This document shows, in pieces, positions 20,163 to 33,422 of a stretch of 64,000 nt of DNA. Below the pieces are notes generated by a model. The model saw only the letters and a program-made list of their open reading frames with translations, was not told the origin of the DNA and made no database searches. Within the stretch, counting starts at the first letter, position 1. The number at the start of each line of letters is the position of its first letter. The translations under genes and the position numbers were made by a program. The stretch covers positions 32,001 to 96,000 of the forward strand of contig CAWKAR010000034.1 in NCBI GenBank assembly GCA_963847625.1, read 5' to 3'. The stretch comes from a candidate division FCPU426 bacterium (lineage in GTDB: Bacteria > Oederibacteriota > Muellerivitia > Muellerivitales > Muellerivitaceae).

Positions 20163-21296
20163 ATGAAAATCCTCCTGGCTCCGGACAAATTCAAGGAAGT
20201 ATTAACAGCACAGGAACTTTCCGAAATCCTTCGGAACTTGATCCAAAAAAAGGTCCCCCAGGCCCAAATCCGCTTGTGCCCGGTTGCCGACGGGGGGGAA
20301 GGAACCCTCAATTCAATCATTTACCTTTTGAAGGGAAAATTGTTCACGGAAACGGTTTACGATCCCCTCATGCGGCCCAAGCAGGCCCAATATGGGATGG
20401 CTGATCTTCCTAAGAAAGGAACAGCCATTGTGGAAATGTCCCTGGCTTCCGGTCTTTATCACCTGACCCCAGCGGAAAGGAATCCGTTGGAAACCACCAG
20501 CTACGGGGTGGGTGAGTTGGTGGGCAACGCGGTCAAGCACGGCGCTACCCAAATAAAAATATTCATGGGTGGAAGCGCCACAGTGGACGGGGGCCTGGGT
20601 TTTCTTCAAGCCTTGGGCGCGATCCCAAGGGGAAGAAGTTCCCTTCCAAAAGGCCTATCCGGTAAACACCTTTCTTCCATTCTTTCAATCGATTTGGCCC
20701 CGGCCATTTTTCTTTTAAACGGCGTAACTTTGACTGGGCTCGTCGATGTCCAGGTTCCGTTATTGGGTGACCATGGTGCCGCCCGATTTTTCGGGCCTCA
20801 AAAGGGCGCTACCCCAGAGATGGTTGAAGAATTGGAAAAGGGTCTTTTTCACTGGGAAACAGTCCTCTCGGAAGCCTCCGGGCAATTATTGAAAAACAAC
20901 CCACGCTCCGGTGCGGCAGGCGGATTGGGCATGGCCATACTGGCTTTGGGCGGATCATTGGAAAAGGGTTTCGATTTCGTCGCCCAAACCTTGAAGTTGG
21001 AGGACCAAATGCGGGAATGCGATTTGGTCATTACAGGAGAGGGCTGGCTCGATTCAACCAGCCGTGAAGGCAAAGCACCGGTAGCCGTAGCCCGGATCGC
21101 GAAAAAACTGGGAATTCCTTGCGTGGTTATCGCCGGAACCGTCGATTCGGAAGTAAAATGGCTTTCCGAAGAGGGTATTTCGAAGGCCTACTCCCTTTTC
21201 GACACTCCTTTCGTAACCGACGATCCCCGCAAGCCTCAAGTTCCCCAGCGTTTGGCCGATATCATCTCCAAAATTTTTCCTCAAGGGAATATTTAA
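20163..21296 (+). CDS. Glycerate kinase
   Basis: ILLAPDKFK, VADGGEGT, GGSATVDGG, FGPQKGA, GAAGG, VITGEG. Confidence 0.95.
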   Translation: MKILLAPDKFKEVLTAQELSEILRNLIQKKVPQAQIRLCPVADGGEGTLNSIIYLLKGKLFTETVYDPLMRPKQAQYGMADLPKKGTAIVEMSLASGLYHLTPAERNPLETTSYGVGELVGNAVKHGATQIKIFMGGSATVDGGLGFLQALGAIPRGRSSLPKGLSGKHLSSILSIDLAPAIFLLNGVTLTGLVDVQVPLLGDHGAARFFGPQKGATPEMVEELEKGLFHWETVLSEASGQLLKNNPRSGAAGGLGMAILALGGSLEKGFDFVAQTLKLEDQMRECDLVITGEGWLDSTSREGKAPVAVARIAKKLGIPCVVIAGTVDSEVKWLSEEGISKAYSLFDTPFVTDDPRKPQVPQRLADIISKIFPQGNI

Positions 21297-21452
21297 TTTA
21301 TTTCGGATTCTTTTAGGGCAGAAAACCTTTCATCCAAATTCCCCCACCTCATAATCCCCAAATGCAAAATGGTAAACAAACTCATAAAAGTTGAAAGTTT
21401 TCAGGGAAAAGCGAGAAAGAAACTTCTAAAAAAGCGGGTTAAACCGGCGGGT

Positions 21453-24400
21453 TTATTTCAGGATTAATACCTTAAACACCTTGTTCATCCGTTGGGTTCC
21501 GCTCATTTCCACCCTTAGGTAATAAAGTCCATCCGACACTTGTTTGCGGTATTGATCCTTCAAATCCCATTCGATGATTCCATCGTTCGTGAGCTGTATT
21601 TCCCCACTCACCACCTTCCGGAAGGACAACGTAAATACAGACCATTTCACGACGGTCGTCCCTGGTACCCACACATGCACTGACACAGGGCCATTCACCA
21701 CGGGGTTTGGATAGGGACCCACGCATGTTGGCTGGGCAACCGGTGTCGACGTAGTGGTTGCCGCCGGCGCCGCCACATCCACTACCGCGCCCGTAACCGG
21801 CAATCCGCTGATATTTACAGGCTGGCCGTTAGTTCCCGCCGCTTCCACTGCGCTTACTTGGTATGTCCCCGACGCCGTGATAGAGAATCCGGTCACCACC
21901 GTGAAGGTCACGCTTCCGGAGCCGACCAAAGGATCGTTAAAGGTAAAGGTGGCCGTCCCACTGTTTAAGCTGCCATTGGCAACCAGTACACCGTTTGCAA
22001 ATAGCGTTACAGGGTTTATATCAATTGGGTTTCCAGTTCCCGATGCCGCTAGACTCAAGCTGGTCAGGGTGACAGTGGTTGAACTCGGATTGGTAAATAG
22101 GACTTGGAGAACCGTTACTCCCGTTGCGCCGGGAATCTGGGTCGTCGGGGCCGAGATAATGGGAGTGGCCAATACGGCGACGATGGTTTTCGTGCTGGTT
22201 GGTGTGACTGTGGGCGTTGCTGTAAAGGTCCAGGCCGGCGTCAAGGTCGGGGTTGGGCTCAAGGTGTTTGTAGGCGTGTTCGTGGGTGACTGAGTCCCCG
22301 TCAAGGTGCGGGTTGGCGTGAGGGTATAGGCGGGTGTATTGGTCGGGGTATTCGTAGGCGTAGGGGTTGGTGTCGTCGTCGGAGTGGGAGTAAATGTGGG
22401 AGTAGGTGTCTTCGTCGGTGTGTTTGTGGGTGTCGGCGTGGATGTTGTCGTCGGTGTGGGAGTAAATGTGGGAGTGTTTGTCGGAGTGGGTGTCGGGGTC
22501 GGGCTCAAGGTGTTTGTAGGCGTACTCGTGGGTGACTGAGTCCCCGTCGGACTGAAGGTCGGCGTCAGGGTAATCGTTGGAGTGTTTGTCGTGGTCAGAG
22601 TAGGGGTTATGGTAGGCGTTGGGGTCGAAGTAGGCGTGGGCGTCCTCGTTAGCGTTGGCGTCGGGGTCGGGGTATTGGTCGACGTGGGAGTAGGAGTTGT
22701 TGTAAGCGTGAGCGTTGGTGTTGGAGTTGGCGTTCTCGTCGGTGTGTTCGTCGGTGTCGACGTGGGTGTTATTGTCGGGGTCGGGCTTGGGGTGTTCGTG
22801 GTCGTTGGTGTCAAGGTATTGGTTAACGTAGGAGTTGGGGTTGTTGTAGGCGTGGGCGTCCTCGTTGGTGTTGGCGTAGTCGTCGGGGTAGGCGTGGGAG
22901 TAGACGTGTTGGTAGGCGTCGGGGTTGGAGTCCGGGTCGGAGTGACCGTGGGAGTGTCCGTGGGTGACTGAGTCCCCGTCGGGCTGAGGGTCGGCGTAGA
23001 GGTAATCGACGGGGTATTTGTCGGGGTCAGTGTATGGGTTATGGTAGGAGTTGGGGTCGGAGTAGGTGTGGTTGTCCTCGTTGGCGTTAACGTCGGGGTC
23101 GGGGTATTGGTTGGCGTAGGAGTAGGGGTTGTTGTAAGCGTAGGCGTTAGTGTAGGAGTTGGTGTTCGCGTCGGGGTGTTCGTTGGTGTCGGCGTGGGTG
23201 TCATCGTTGGAGTCGGGCTTGGCGTGTTCGTGAGTGTCGGTGTCGAGGTATAGGTTAGTGTAGGAGTGGGGGTTGATGTAGGCGTGAGTGTTGGTGTTGG
23301 AGTTGGCGTTCTCGTCGGTGTGTTCGTCGAGGTCGGGGTGGGTGTAGTCGTCGAGGTCGATGTTGGCGTATTAGTTGGCGTTGTCGTTGGGGTAAGTGTG
23401 GGAGTGGGAGTAGGCGTATTAGTAGAAGTTGGGGTCAGGGTCCGGGTCGGGGTGACCGTGGGAGTGTTCGTGGGTGACTGAGTTCCTGTCGGGCTGAGGG
23501 TCGGCGAGGGGGTGACAGTTGGAGTGTTTGTTGGGGTCGGTGTAGAGGTTATGGTAGACGTTGGGGTTGGAGTCGATGTGGGTGTCCTCGTCAGTGTGTT
23601 TGTGGGCGTAGGGGTCGGAGTATTTGTCGCCGTGAACGTAAGTGTCGTCGTTGGGGTCGGAGTGGGTGTGGGCGTCCTTGTCAGGGTGTTCGTTGGCGTA
23701 AGCGTAGATGATAACGTCGGGGTCGGCGTAGGGGTTACGGTAGACGTGGCTGTTAGTGTGGGTGTAGGAGTTCTTGTGGGCGTATACGTCGAGGTTGGAG
23801 TAGGTGTCGGCGTCAGAGTTGGGGTTGGCGTATTCGTTGACGTTGTTGTTGGGCTAGACGTGGAAGTGGGAGTCAATGTGGGAGTAGGCGTTCTCGTCGG
23901 TGTCGGGGTGGGTGTCGCCGTAGGGGTCTGACTTAGCGTGTTCGTGGACGTCGGAGTCGGGGTATTGGTCGGGGTAGGAGTGGGGGTTGTTGTAGGCGTG
24001 AAAGTTGGTGTGGGAGTAGGTGTTCTGGTGAGCGTGTTCGTCGGGGTTGAGGTGGGTGTCATCGTCGGGGTGTTCGTCGGTGTGGGTGAGGATGTAATGG
24101 TAGGAGTGTTCGTGGGCGTGGGAGTCGGTGTCCGGGTCAAGGTGACCGTGGGAGTATTCGTGGGTGACTGGGTGCCCGTCGGGCTGAGGGTCGGGGTTGG
24201 GGTGATCGTTGGAGTGTTTGTTGGGGTCGGTGTAGAGGTTATGGTAGACGTTGGGGTTGGAGTCGATGTAGGTGTCCTCGTCAGTGTGTTTGTGGGCGTA
24301 GGAGTCGGAGTATTCGTCGCCGTGAACGTAAGTGTCGTCGTTGGGGTCGGAGTGGGTGTAGGCGTCCTGGTAGGCGTGTGGGTCGACGTTGGCGTTGTCG

Positions 24401-27400
24401 TTGGGGTGGAAGTATAGGTAGGTGTAGGCGTAGGGGTTGTTGTGGGGGTTGGCGTGGGTGTTGGAGTAGCGGTCCTCGTCGGCGTAGACGTGGGTGTGAT
24501 CGTAGATGTGGGAGTCAGGGTAACCGTCGATGTCGGTGTAAATGTTATGGTGGATGTATTCGTAGGTGTCGGGGTCGGTGTCCGAGTAGGGGTGGAAGTT
24601 GGGCTATTCGCCTGTGTGGGAGTGGGCGAAACTGTTGGTGTCAAGGTCGGGGTGCTTGTTGGCGTTGGGGTGGGTGTCCGGGTCGGGGTGATAGTGGGTG
24701 TATAGGTTGACGTAGGAGTGGGCGAGATTGTCGGTGTCAAGGTCGGAGTGCTTGTTGGCGTTGGGGTGGGTGTCCGGGTCGGGGTGATAGTGGGAGTATT
24801 AGTCGGCATGGGGGTGGTCGAGACTGTTGGTGTCGGAGTCGGGGTGTTAGTCGGAGTGGGCGTTGGCGTCCGAGTTGGAGTAGGTGTGAGACTATTCGTC
24901 TGAGTGGAAGTAGGCGAAACAGTCGGCGTCCGGGTCGGGGTGATAGTGGGAGTATTAGTCGGCGTGGGGGTGGTCGAGACTGTCGGTGTCGGAGTCGGGG
25001 TGTTAGTCGGAGTAGGCGTTGGCGTCCGGGTCGGGGTGTTCGTGGGTGTATAGGTTGACGTAAGAGTGGGCGAGACTGTCGGCGTCGGAGTCGAGGTGTT
25101 AGTTAGAGTGGGTGTATTCGTCCGGGTCGGGGTGGAAGTTGGGCTATTCGTCTGTGTGGGAGTGGGCGAAACTGTTGGTGTCAAGGTCGGGGTGCTTGTT
25201 GGCGTTGGGGTGGGTGTCCGGGTCGGGGTGTTCGTGGGTGTATAGGTTGACGTAAGAGTGGGCGAGACTGTCGGCGTCGGAGTCGAGGTGTTAGTCAGAG
25301 TGGGTGTATTCGTCCGGGTCGGGGTGGAAGTTGGGCTATTCGTCTGAGTGGAAGTAGGTGAAACTGTCGGCGTTCGGGTCGGAGTGATAGTAGTTGTATA
25401 GGTCGACGTAGGAGCGGGCGAGACTGTCGGTGTCGGGGTCGGGGTGCTCGTTGGCGTTGGAGTGGGGGTCCGGGTCGGGGTGTTCGTGGGTGTATAGGTT
25501 GACGTAAGAGTGGGCGAGACTGTCGGCGTCGGAGTCGAGGTGTTAGTCAGAGTGGGTGTATTCGTCCGGGTCGGGGTGGAAGTTGGGCTATTCGTCTGAG
25601 TGGAAGTAGGTGAAACTGTCGGCGTCCGGGTCGGAGTGATAGTAGTTGTATAGGTCGACGTAGGAGTGGGCGAGACTGTCGGTGTCGGGGTATTGGTGGG
25701 GGTATTTGTTCGAGTGTTGGTTATAGTATTGGTCATGGTTAGTGTAGAGGTTCTGGTAAAGGTCGGTGTGTTCACGGGCTGGGTAAAGGTCCATGTCGGG
25801 GTATAGGTATAGGTAAAGGTGCGGGTTTGGGTGAATGTATAGGTATAGGTGGGAGTGGCCGTAAGACAGACCATGGTCGTAGAGATGGTATTGCTAGTCA
25901 CGGGGCCCCCTCCCTGCCATGAGATCGACCCGTAATCCGTCATCACCTGGCAGGACTGGGTGGCAGAAAAACCATTATTTTGAACGTATAAAGGTATCGT
26001 CACGCAGGCCCCCCCGGGGATCGAGCTGACCGTCCAAGTCGTGGGGAAACTTTGGTTTAATGGGTTAATCGTGATGGGGTTTCCTCCCACCGTTACCGTC
26101 CAGGAACTGTAATTGGGCCCATCGAAAGTCATCCAATTGTAGTTCGTAGTCACGTCGGTCACGGTCGCCGGAGCCGGCGCAGATGATCCCGATGCGTTAC
26201 ACAGGGTAAAGGTCAGGGTGATGGGACCTCCGGTACTGTAACCCGATGTCGGCCCGCCGGTAGTCTTGGTAAAGGTGATGCTTGGCGGTTTAGGCGTGGC
26301 GGTAATAGTCGGGGTCGGAACGGGCGAACTGCACGCGGCATAAGGACTGGAAAGCCAGGTGGATACCGCCGATCCCCAGGTACTGTTGGTGACCCAGCCG
26401 GTCAGAAGGTTGGGGCAGGAGTTGGTGGACAGGGACCAAGCCGTGCCGCCCATCACTCCGCTTGTGCCATCGATCCAGGATTCGATAGCGGAGTCAAAAG
26501 AGCTGTTATCCTGGTTGCAGTTGGTATAGGGGCCGAATTCACCTACAAAAGCCGGATGACCGGCCAGGAGGGAACTGGGCACCTCGGCGTTCCAACTAAC
26601 CGCCGAATTGCCGTCATTGCTCCCGTAAAGATGCACACCCATCATAATCCCGTTTCCGACATTGGTTACGGAACCGGCGGGATAGCCGTTCAAATTGGCG
26701 CACCAGTGCAAGCCCCCCAAAACGCAGACATTGTTAGCGCCGGCGGACCTCACCGCATTCAATAGCTTTTGCATGCCGGGCGTGGTAAAGGAAGCGCCTC
26801 CGAGCGTGCCGCCGTTGAGCCAAGTGTTGTAGCCGGTCGTATCGGTGACGACCGGCGGGCCCAGGTTATCGTTGCCGTTATCGTAGGGTTCGTTGTAAAG
26901 GTCGAAGAGGACGGCCGGATTATTTGCATAAGCCGCCGCAACCGAACTCCAAAAGGTGACTGCGTTTTGATCCGCCATGGCTTGCTGAGCTGTGGCTCCC
27001 CCCCATCCGCTGCCGCAGGGGGCTGAGGCCGTGGAAGAAGTTCCTGACCAATGCAGGTCCAAAAGCACGTAGACGTTTTGTCCCGAGCAATAGCTGACAA
27101 TGGAGGACACGATTCCCTGGTACGCGGACGCCGTGGGCGACCCGTTTCCGTTAGAACAACCGAACCAAAAGTCCTGGGCGAGTGGAAGCCGGATGATGGA
27201 GCATTTCCAGCCTGTCACCGCCTCCTGCGCCAACTGCAGGGTATCACCTCCATTGCCGAAACCGCCTCCGCTTATGGGGCCGTAACCAGTTGGGGAAAAT
27301 TCCAGGCCATCGACATCCACACCTTTTAAGTGCACAACGCAACTGCCGCTAGTTTCAAGGTTGGCCCCCACGACTGAAAGGGCCGACGGTGCCGCATGGA

Positions 27401-27680
27401 TCGGCGTGGTTGAATGAAGCCAGAGCAGGAACCCCATGGCCAATGCCAACAGGATTGCTTGAGTTTTTTGATTTTCAAAAAACGATTTTATTTGACAATA
27501 AAAAAAAGCGTTAAATGCGGAAACATTGCTTTTTTGGATAGAAGAGATAACTTGTTGTTGGATTTGGCCGAAAGAAACTAAAACGCTTTTACGGGATTTC
27601 ACGGGGGTACGGCTCAAACCATAATTGATTTGGCTTTGTTTATCTTTTCCTAAAACCAATTTTATAATGGTCCAATTCAA
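21453..27680 (-). CDS. GH5 glycoside hydrolase on a very long Thr/Pro stalk with T9SS-like CTD
   Basis: IIRLP, LLDLHW, FDLYNEP (acid/base), VHLY, VGEFG (nucleophile), TAWS; over 1000 aa of TP repeats; C-terminus PYPNP..GLYY..KVLILK; start uncertain. Confidence 0.88.
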   Translation of the reverse strand: MNWTIIKLVLGKDKQSQINYGLSRTPVKSRKSVLVSFGQIQQQVISSIQKSNVSAFNAFFYCQIKSFFENQKTQAILLALAMGFLLWLHSTTPIHAAPSALSVVGANLETSGSCVVHLKGVDVDGLEFSPTGYGPISGGGFGNGGDTLQLAQEAVTGWKCSIIRLPLAQDFWFGCSNGNGSPTASAYQGIVSSIVSYCSGQNVYVLLDLHWSGTSSTASAPCGSGWGGATAQQAMADQNAVTFWSSVAAAYANNPAVLFDLYNEPYDNGNDNLGPPVVTDTTGYNTWLNGGTLGGASFTTPGMQKLLNAVRSAGANNVCVLGGLHWCANLNGYPAGSVTNVGNGIMMGVHLYGSNDGNSAVSWNAEVPSSLLAGHPAFVGEFGPYTNCNQDNSSFDSAIESWIDGTSGVMGGTAWSLSTNSCPNLLTGWVTNSTWGSAVSTWLSSPYAACSSPVPTPTITATPKPPSITFTKTTGGPTSGYSTGGPITLTFTLCNASGSSAPAPATVTDVTTNYNWMTFDGPNYSSWTVTVGGNPITINPLNQSFPTTWTVSSIPGGACVTIPLYVQNNGFSATQSCQVMTDYGSISWQGGGPVTSNTISTTMVCLTATPTYTYTFTQTRTFTYTYTPTWTFTQPVNTPTFTRTSTLTMTNTITNTRTNTPTNTPTPTVSPTPTSTYTTTITPTRTPTVSPTSTQTNSPTSTPTRTNTPTLTNTSTPTPTVSPTLTSTYTPTNTPTRTPTPTPTSTPTPTPTVSPAPTSTYTTTITPTRTPTVSPTSTQTNSPTSTPTRTNTPTLTNTSTPTPTVSPTLTSTYTPTNTPTRTPTPTPTSTPTLTPTVSPTPTQTNSPTSTPTRTNTPTLTNTSTPTPTVSPTLTSTYTPTNTPTRTPTPTPTNTPTPTPTVSTTPTPTNTPTITPTRTPTVSPTSTQTNSLTPTPTRTPTPTPTNTPTPTPTVSTTPMPTNTPTITPTRTPTPTPTSTPTLTPTISPTPTSTYTPTITPTRTPTPTPTSTPTLTPTVSPTPTQANSPTSTPTRTPTPTPTNTSTITFTPTSTVTLTPTSTITPTSTPTRTATPTPTPTPTTTPTPTPTYTSTPTTTPTSTHTPTRTPTPTPTPTTTLTFTATNTPTPTPTNTLTRTPTSTPTPTSTITSTPTPTNTPTITPTPTLSPTGTQSPTNTPTVTLTRTPTPTPTNTPTITSSPTPTNTPTMTPTSTPTNTLTRTPTPTPTFTPTTTPTPTPTNTPTPTSTNTLSQTPTATPTPTPTRTPTPTLTPTSTSSPTTTSTNTPTPTLTPTPTPTSTYTPTRTPTPTLTATSTVTPTPTPTLSSTLTPTNTLTRTPTPTPTPTTTLTFTATNTPTPTPTNTLTRTPTSTPTPTSTITSTPTPTNTPTVTPSPTLSPTGTQSPTNTPTVTPTRTLTPTSTNTPTPTPTLTPTTTPTNTPTSTSTTTPTPTSTNTPTRTPTPTPTLTPTSTPTPTLTYTSTPTLTNTPSPTPTMTPTPTPTNTPTRTPTPTLTPTLTTTPTPTPTNTPTPTLTPTRTTTPTPTPTPTITHTLTPTNTPSITSTPTLSPTGTQSPTDTPTVTPTRTPTPTPTNTSTPTPTPTTTPTPTRTPTPTTTPTPTLTNTLTPTTTNTPSPTPTITPTSTPTNTPTRTPTPTPTLTLTTTPTPTSTNTPTPTPTLTRTPTPTSTPTPTITPTLTTTNTPTITLTPTFSPTGTQSPTSTPTNTLSPTPTPTPTNTPTFTPTPTTTSTPTPTNTPTKTPTPTFTPTPTTTPTPTPTNTPTNTPAYTLTPTRTLTGTQSPTNTPTNTLSPTPTLTPAWTFTATPTVTPTSTKTIVAVLATPIISAPTTQIPGATGVTVLQVLFTNPSSTTVTLTSLSLAASGTGNPIDINPVTLFANGVLVANGSLNSGTATFTFNDPLVGSGSVTFTVVTGFSITASGTYQVSAVEAAGTNGQPVNISGLPVTGAVVDVAAPAATTTSTPVAQPTCVGPYPNPVVNGPVSVHVWVPGTTVVKWSVFTLSFRKVVSGEIQLTNDGIIEWDLKDQYRKQVSDGLYYLRVEMSGTQRMNKVFKVLILK

Positions 27681-27752
27681 AACCCCACCTGATTCCGAGA
27701 TCCTGATAACCTCTTATCATTTTATTGCTAAAAATCCTCTTTTTCAATGCTC

Positions 27753-30700
27753 TCACTGCTCCACTAGGATCTTGAGGGTCTGCCTGGCGACCAGGTACCC
27801 GTTGGCGTCCCTCTGCTCGGTCTTGGCGATGTAGAGCCCGCTGGCGATCCCCGCCGCGTTCCAGGTCACCTGGCTCGTCCCGCCCGCTCCATTGAGTTCA
27901 GTCACCAGCTCGCCCGCCACGTCGTAGATCTTCACTATCAGCTTCACCCCTGCCGACGATCCCTGGAATGTCACCAGCCTCGTTCCGCCCGTCACCGGGT
28001 TCGGATATGCCCACACCCTCGGCGCCGCCTGTTTCACCCCGTTCACCACCACCACCGACGTGATGATCACCGTCTCCCCGCCCTTCCCGTCCGTCGAGTG
28101 CACCTCGATGAAGTATTTACCGTTGGGCACCACCGTCCCCCCCGACCCGTGCCCGTCCCATACCGTCGTCACCCCGTTGTTCGTCGCGATCACCAGCGTC
28201 CCGTCCGTCGGCGACCCGGGCTCCAATACCGTGCTTGACAGCTTCACCCCCGTGATCACCGTCCCCTGCGGGTCCTCCACCACGCTGTACAGCGTCTGCA
28301 CGATCTCCCCAGCCTCGTTGTAGATGTCGATTGTCACTTTCTCCAGCGAACGGCTCACCACCACGTTCAACACCACGCTCTTGTCCGCCCCGAAGGAGTC
28401 GATATTGTCCACCTTCACGTAGTAATCCCCGTTGGGCACCGGGTTCCCGTTCTGGTCCGTCCCGTTCCACACCGTGATTTGCGTGTTCAGGTCGTAGATC
28501 GCCACCGGGTCGTTCAGCCCGCTGATCAGGTTCCCGTTCTTCAATTGCAGGTCCACCAAAGGCTGGGAATACTGCGTCACCAGCAGTTCCTTCACCAGTT
28601 CCCCCGCCTCGTTGTACACCCCCACCTTCACCGTGTAACTACCCGTCACCTGCAGTATCGCGCAGGCCGTCTGCGGAAGCGCCCCAGGAACGCTCATTAC
28701 CGCGCAGTTCGTGATCGGCCCCGCCTGCGTGAAGTTGTTGATCGAAACTATGTAGGTCAGAAGGTAGTTCCCCGGTGCCAGGGTGGGCAGAGCCCAATTC
28801 ATCACCGTCACGCCCCCCGCCACGTTCAGCGAGGCTGACGTGTTGGCCGGGGAGGTCCCGAACGTCACGAAACTGCAGTTGGCAGGGAGGGCATCCTGCA
28901 CCACCAGCCCAGTCGCAGTGTTATTACTCACGTTTAGCATCAGCGTGTAGGTCACCTGGTCCCCTGACGTGCCAGTCGACTCCGATTCCTGCTTTTGCAG
29001 CGTCACCACCGCCGCGGGGGTGGGAGTGGGCGTCGCCGTGTTCGTGAAGGTCGGCGTCATCGTATTGGTCGATGTATTGGTATTCGTGGGGCTGAGTGTG
29101 TTGGTCGAAGTCGGCGTGTTGCTGGGCGTCCGGGTGGGTGTCGAGGTGTAGGTATTGGTGAGGGTGTTGGTCGAAGTCGGCGTATTGGTGTTAGTCCTCG
29201 TGTTGGTCGCCGTGTAGGTGTTCGTGGCTGTGGATGTGGAAGTCGGCGTGTAGGTGTTGGTGGGAGTGTTTGTCAGCGTGGAAGTCGAAGTGACGGTGGG
29301 CGTATTCGTGGGGGTGCTGGTATTGGTCGGTGTGGAGGTGTCGGTGAACGTGGCGGTTGGGGTCGACGTGTAGGTATTGGTAGAAGTATTCGTAGGCGTC
29401 GGCGTGTTCGTAGGCGTCGGCGTGTTCGTCGGGGTTGGGGTGAACGTATACGTGAAGGGAGGGGTGTTGGTCGAAGTGGGTGTGGCGGTGGAAGTGCTGG
29501 TTGGAGTCGGGGTGGGCGTCGAGGTGAACGTGTTGGTCGGAGTCGGGGTGGGAGTGTTGGTATTCGTCGCTGTGTTGCTCGGCGTCGGCGTGAAGGTATC
29601 GATCGGCGTGTTTGTCGGGGTGAGGGTTGCGGTTTCCGTCGATGTATTCGTCGGCGTATTGGTAATCGTCGGGGTGAAGGTGAATGTTAGCGTGAATTTG
29701 GGGGTGTCAGTCGAGGTGGGAGTGTCGGTTGAGGTGCTGGTTGGAGTCGTTGTCAGCGTCATGGTAGGGGTATTCGTAAAAGTTGGCGTCGGAGTGCGGG
29801 TCGACGTATCGGTTTGAGTCAAAGTTGGTGTCAAAGTAGCCGTGTTAGTCGGAGTCGGAGTTGACGTATTCGTTAGCGTATTTGTCAGCGTAAACGAAGG
29901 CGTGATTGTTGGCGTATTCGTGGGTGTCGGGGTCCGAGTGGGAGTGAGCGTGTTGGTCGACGTGGGAGTGGGTGACTGAGTCCCGGTTGATGTAAGGGTC
30001 GCCGTGGGGCTGTTCGTCGGCGTGTTCGTCGGGGTTGGCGAAGGGGTGATGGTAGGCGAATTGGTAGGGGTAGGTGTTGATGTCTTTGTCGGGGTGTTCG
30101 TCGGCGTATACGAGGGCGTTATTGTCACGGTCGGCGTCGGGGTCCGGGTCGGCGTATTCGTGGGTGTATTCGTCGGCGTAAGCGATGGCGTTATCGTCAC
30201 GGTCGGCGTGGGGGTGTTCGTGGGCGTGGGAGTCTGGGTATTCGTCGGCGTGAACGAAGGTGTGATCGTCAAGGTTGGCGTCGGGGTCCGCGTCGGGGTG
30301 GAGGTGGGGGTATTCGTCGGCGTGAATGAAGGTGTGATCGTCACCGTTGGCGTGGGGGTGTTCGTGGGCGTGGAGGTGGGGGTATTCGTCGGCGTGAACG
30401 AAGGTGTGATCGTCACGGTCAGCGTCGGGGTCCGGGTGGGAGTGGAAGTCGGGGTATTTGTCGGCGTAAGCGATGGCGTTATCGTCACGGTCGGGGTCAG
30501 GGTCCGGGTCGGGGTGGAAGTCGGGGTATTCGTCGGTGTGAACGTAGGCGTAATCGTTGGCGTATTCGTGGGTGTCGGGGTCCGAGTGGGAGTGAACGTG
30601 TTAGTCGACGTGGGAGTGGGTGACTGAGTCCCGGTCGGCGTGTGGGTAGGGGTGGGGCTGTTCGTCGGCGTGTTCGTTGGGGTTGGCGAAGGGGTGATGG

Positions 30701-33023
30701 TAGGCGTATAGGTCGGGGTTGGCGTGGGCGTCCTTGTCGGCGTGTTCGTCGGCGTAAACGTGGGCGTTGTGGTCGGGGTCGGTGTCGGGGTCCGGGTCGA
30801 GGTGTTCGTGGGGGTATTCGTCGGCGTAGGTGTGGGGCTTACCGTCGGGGTCGGCGTGGGCGTAGGAGTCGGTGTGTTGGTCAGCGTGTTCGTGGGCGTG
30901 AAGGTAGGCGTGCGGGTTGGAGTAGAAGTCAGTGTGTTAGTGGGCGTCAGGGTGGGGGTATTGGTCGGCGTAAACGTGGGCGTTGTGGTCGGGGTCGGTG
31001 TCAGGGTCCGGGTCGGGGTGTTCGTCGGTGTATTCGTTGGGGTCGGGGTTGGCGACACTGTGGGCGTGGGGGTGGGGGTCCGGGTCGGGGTGTTCGTGGG
31101 CGTATTCGTCGGCGTAGGTGTGGGGCTTACCGTCGGGGTCGGCGTAGGTGTGTGCGTGGGGGTGTTCGTCGGCGTATTGGTCGGGGTTGGGGTTGGCGAC
31201 ACTGTGGGCGTGGGGGTGGGGGTCCGGGTCGGGGTGTTCGTGGGCGTATTCGTCGGGGTCGGGGTTGGCGACACTGTGGGCGTGGGGGTGGGAGTCCGGG
31301 TCGGGGTGTTCGTCGGCGTATTCGTCGGCGTAGGTGTGGGGCTTACCGTCGGGGTCGGCGTAAGTGTGTGCGTGGGGGTGTTCGTCGGTGTATTCGTCGG
31401 GGTCGGGGTTGGCGACACTGTGGGAGTGGGGGTGGGAGTCCGGGTCGGGGTGTTCGTGGGTGTATTCGTCGGGGTCGGGGTTGGCGACACTGTGGGAGTG
31501 GGGGTAGGGGTCCGGGTCGGGGTGTTCGTGGATGTATTCGTCGGGGTCGGGGTTGGCGACACTGTGGGAGTGTTGGTCGGGGTCGGGCTCCTCGTGGGAG
31601 TTGGAGTGAGCGTGGGGGTGTAAGTATAGGTATAGGTGTATGTGTTGGTATGGGTAAAGGTGGGCGTGACGGCTGGGGTCGGAGTATAGGTATTGGTGTT
31701 AGTGGGAGTGGGAGTATAGGTATAGGTATAAGTGTTGGTATGGGTGAAGGTTGGCGTGACGGCGATCGTCGGAGTGTAGGTGAAAGTATGTGTAAAGGTG
31801 GCCGTAAAGGTATTGGTGAAAGTGTTGGTGTGGGTGAAGGTGGGAGTGACGGCCGGGGTCGGGGTATAAGTAAAGGTGTGCGTATAGGTAAATGTCGGAC
31901 TGTTGGTTGGAGTGTTAGTGAAGCAAGGACGGTTCACCGTCACCGACGCGGAGGTTTTAGTGCCGCTGGAAATGGCTATGCTGGCTTGGTTGGTGATCGT
32001 TTGGCATTGGTTCCCCGCCCAGTAATAATCTTCAAAACAGGCCATAAGGGTCACGCAGGTACTCCCTTCAAAGTACCCCCATGTCGCAGCGTAGGTCCCG
32101 TAACTGGCTGCCGGAACCGGCCAACTTTCTTTTCCGCCGGATTGGATGGCAGTCGTGGAAACCGCCGGGACAATCCATCCGATAAAGGCCAAAGCCGTTC
32201 CGCTGCCGCCTTGTATGTCGTTAAGAATCGCGTTACCGCTTGTTACGGGTCCCCCGGTGTCGCAAACCACCACCTGGAAGGTCACGAACATATCCCCGCC
32301 GCTTTCGCTTGCCGACACAAGGCTCTTAGTAATCGTCATCGTGGCCGGCCCCACGGTCGGTTGGGGCGCAGGAATGGTGGTGGCTACGGATTCGAAAAGA
32401 GCGCCTCCGCAATTGCCAGTGCTGTAATCCCCGTCGGTGGTGGAAGCCACATATGGAACTATCTTACCCGTCACGGGGTTGAATATATCTTGGCCCCAAC
32501 AGCAAAGACCAGAAGTGGTGTCGACCACTGTCGGGCTGCCCCAGCCGCTGGTGCTGTAGTCGGTCGCGTACCAGTTGGTGGCGGGGGGAGTGGTGGGGTT
32601 CCCGGAACTGATATAATCCAATTTGACGCCGCTGGTACTGCTGGTGATTTCGGAATGATTTCCGCCGGAACAGGTGATGTCCAGATCCCAGGAGGTGTAA
32701 AGGTTGTTGCAGGCGGTGTTTTGGGTATAGACACTGACATAAACTTGGCTGCCGGTTAAAAGGGATGTGGGAACAGTGATGCAACCCGGAGGACAGGACC
32801 CGGTGCCGTCCCAGTTGCAATAAGCCACTTGCCCCAGGTAAACGCCGCCAACATAGACCTGCGACCAGTCGTCACTCGCCACGCAAATTCTGGCCGAAGT
32901 GGGCGTGCATTGTGCCCAAGTTAGGCCGGGAAAGATGAATGCAAAAAACATCAACCCCAAAAACCCAATCAGGGGTTTAGAGTCCTTAAAAAGCTTTAAA
33001 TTGGAAAGGAGAATAAATTTCAT
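27753..33023 (-). CDS. Secreted Thr/Pro-stalk protein with DUF11-like, FlgD-Ig-like and T9SS-like C-terminal domains
   Basis: Signal peptide, Cys-rich N-domain, [15 protein letters not shown], two (V/I)YNEAGE(L/I)V..W(N/D)G..VPNGxY modules, terminal AYPNP..ASGLYI. Confidence 0.85.
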   Translation of the reverse strand: MKFILLSNLKLFKDSKPLIGFLGLMFFAFIFPGLTWAQCTPTSARICVASDDWSQVYVGGVYLGQVAYCNWDGTGSCPPGCITVPTSLLTGSQVYVSVYTQNTACNNLYTSWDLDITCSGGNHSEITSSTSGVKLDYISSGNPTTPPATNWYATDYSTSGWGSPTVVDTTSGLCCWGQDIFNPVTGKIVPYVASTTDGDYSTGNCGGALFESVATTIPAPQPTVGPATMTITKSLVSASESGGDMFVTFQVVVCDTGGPVTSGNAILNDIQGGSGTALAFIGWIVPAVSTTAIQSGGKESWPVPAASYGTYAATWGYFEGSTCVTLMACFEDYYWAGNQCQTITNQASIAISSGTKTSASVTVNRPCFTNTPTNSPTFTYTHTFTYTPTPAVTPTFTHTNTFTNTFTATFTHTFTYTPTIAVTPTFTHTNTYTYTYTPTPTNTNTYTPTPAVTPTFTHTNTYTYTYTYTPTLTPTPTRSPTPTNTPTVSPTPTPTNTSTNTPTRTPTPTPTVSPTPTPTNTPTNTPTRTPTPTPTVSPTPTPTNTPTNTPTHTLTPTPTVSPTPTPTNTPTNTPTRTPTPTPTVSPTPTPTNTPTNTPTRTPTPTPTVSPTPTPTNTPTNTPTHTPTPTPTVSPTPTPTNTPTNTPTRTPTPTPTVSPTPTPTNTPTNTPTRTLTPTPTTTPTFTPTNTPTLTPTNTLTSTPTRTPTFTPTNTLTNTPTPTPTPTPTVSPTPTPTNTPTNTSTRTPTPTPTTTPTFTPTNTPTRTPTPTPTYTPTITPSPTPTNTPTNSPTPTHTPTGTQSPTPTSTNTFTPTRTPTPTNTPTITPTFTPTNTPTSTPTRTLTPTVTITPSLTPTNTPTSTPTRTPTLTVTITPSFTPTNTPTSTPTNTPTPTVTITPSFTPTNTPTSTPTRTPTPTLTITPSFTPTNTQTPTPTNTPTPTVTITPSLTPTNTPTNTPTRTPTPTVTITPSYTPTNTPTKTSTPTPTNSPTITPSPTPTNTPTNSPTATLTSTGTQSPTPTSTNTLTPTRTPTPTNTPTITPSFTLTNTLTNTSTPTPTNTATLTPTLTQTDTSTRTPTPTFTNTPTMTLTTTPTSTSTDTPTSTDTPKFTLTFTFTPTITNTPTNTSTETATLTPTNTPIDTFTPTPSNTATNTNTPTPTPTNTFTSTPTPTPTSTSTATPTSTNTPPFTYTFTPTPTNTPTPTNTPTPTNTSTNTYTSTPTATFTDTSTPTNTSTPTNTPTVTSTSTLTNTPTNTYTPTSTSTATNTYTATNTRTNTNTPTSTNTLTNTYTSTPTRTPSNTPTSTNTLSPTNTNTSTNTMTPTFTNTATPTPTPAAVVTLQKQESESTGTSGDQVTYTLMLNVSNNTATGLVVQDALPANCSFVTFGTSPANTSASLNVAGGVTVMNWALPTLAPGNYLLTYIVSINNFTQAGPITNCAVMSVPGALPQTACAILQVTGSYTVKVGVYNEAGELVKELLVTQYSQPLVDLQLKNGNLISGLNDPVAIYDLNTQITVWNGTDQNGNPVPNGDYYVKVDNIDSFGADKSVVLNVVVSRSLEKVTIDIYNEAGEIVQTLYSVVEDPQGTVITGVKLSSTVLEPGSPTDGTLVIATNNGVTTVWDGHGSGGTVVPNGKYFIEVHSTDGKGGETVIITSVVVVNGVKQAAPRVWAYPNPVTGGTRLVTFQGSSAGVKLIVKIYDVAGELVTELNGAGGTSQVTWNAAGIASGLYIAKTEQRDANGYLVARQTLKILVEQ

Positions 33024-33422
33024 TTTTTATTCCGTTTTTGAGCCTTACTCACCCAAGAAAATAAACTTGAGTAAATACATTCTTTTTTTGCACTGGGTAA
33101 GTATTTCCCAGTTCCCTCAACTGCCTCGGGTAAACTTAATTAGAAAACGTGCAAAAAACGTTCCAATTTCATCACTTTTAAAAAACCTAAAAACCATATA
33201 GTTCCACTAATTTGTGGAGAATCATCAGGAAATTCAGGGTTTAATTATGAGAAATGTCAGTTTTTTGAACCCTCCGGGTCTATTTTTGACTATAAAAAAC
33301 GCGGAAAACCCATAATGGCTTTTTTGGCTTTCAGTCAAACTTTCGGGAAAAATGAATACAAGAAGATCTTATTTCATTAAAAAGGCTGTTATACTTCACC
33401 GCGTTTTTCTCTTAATTTTGGA

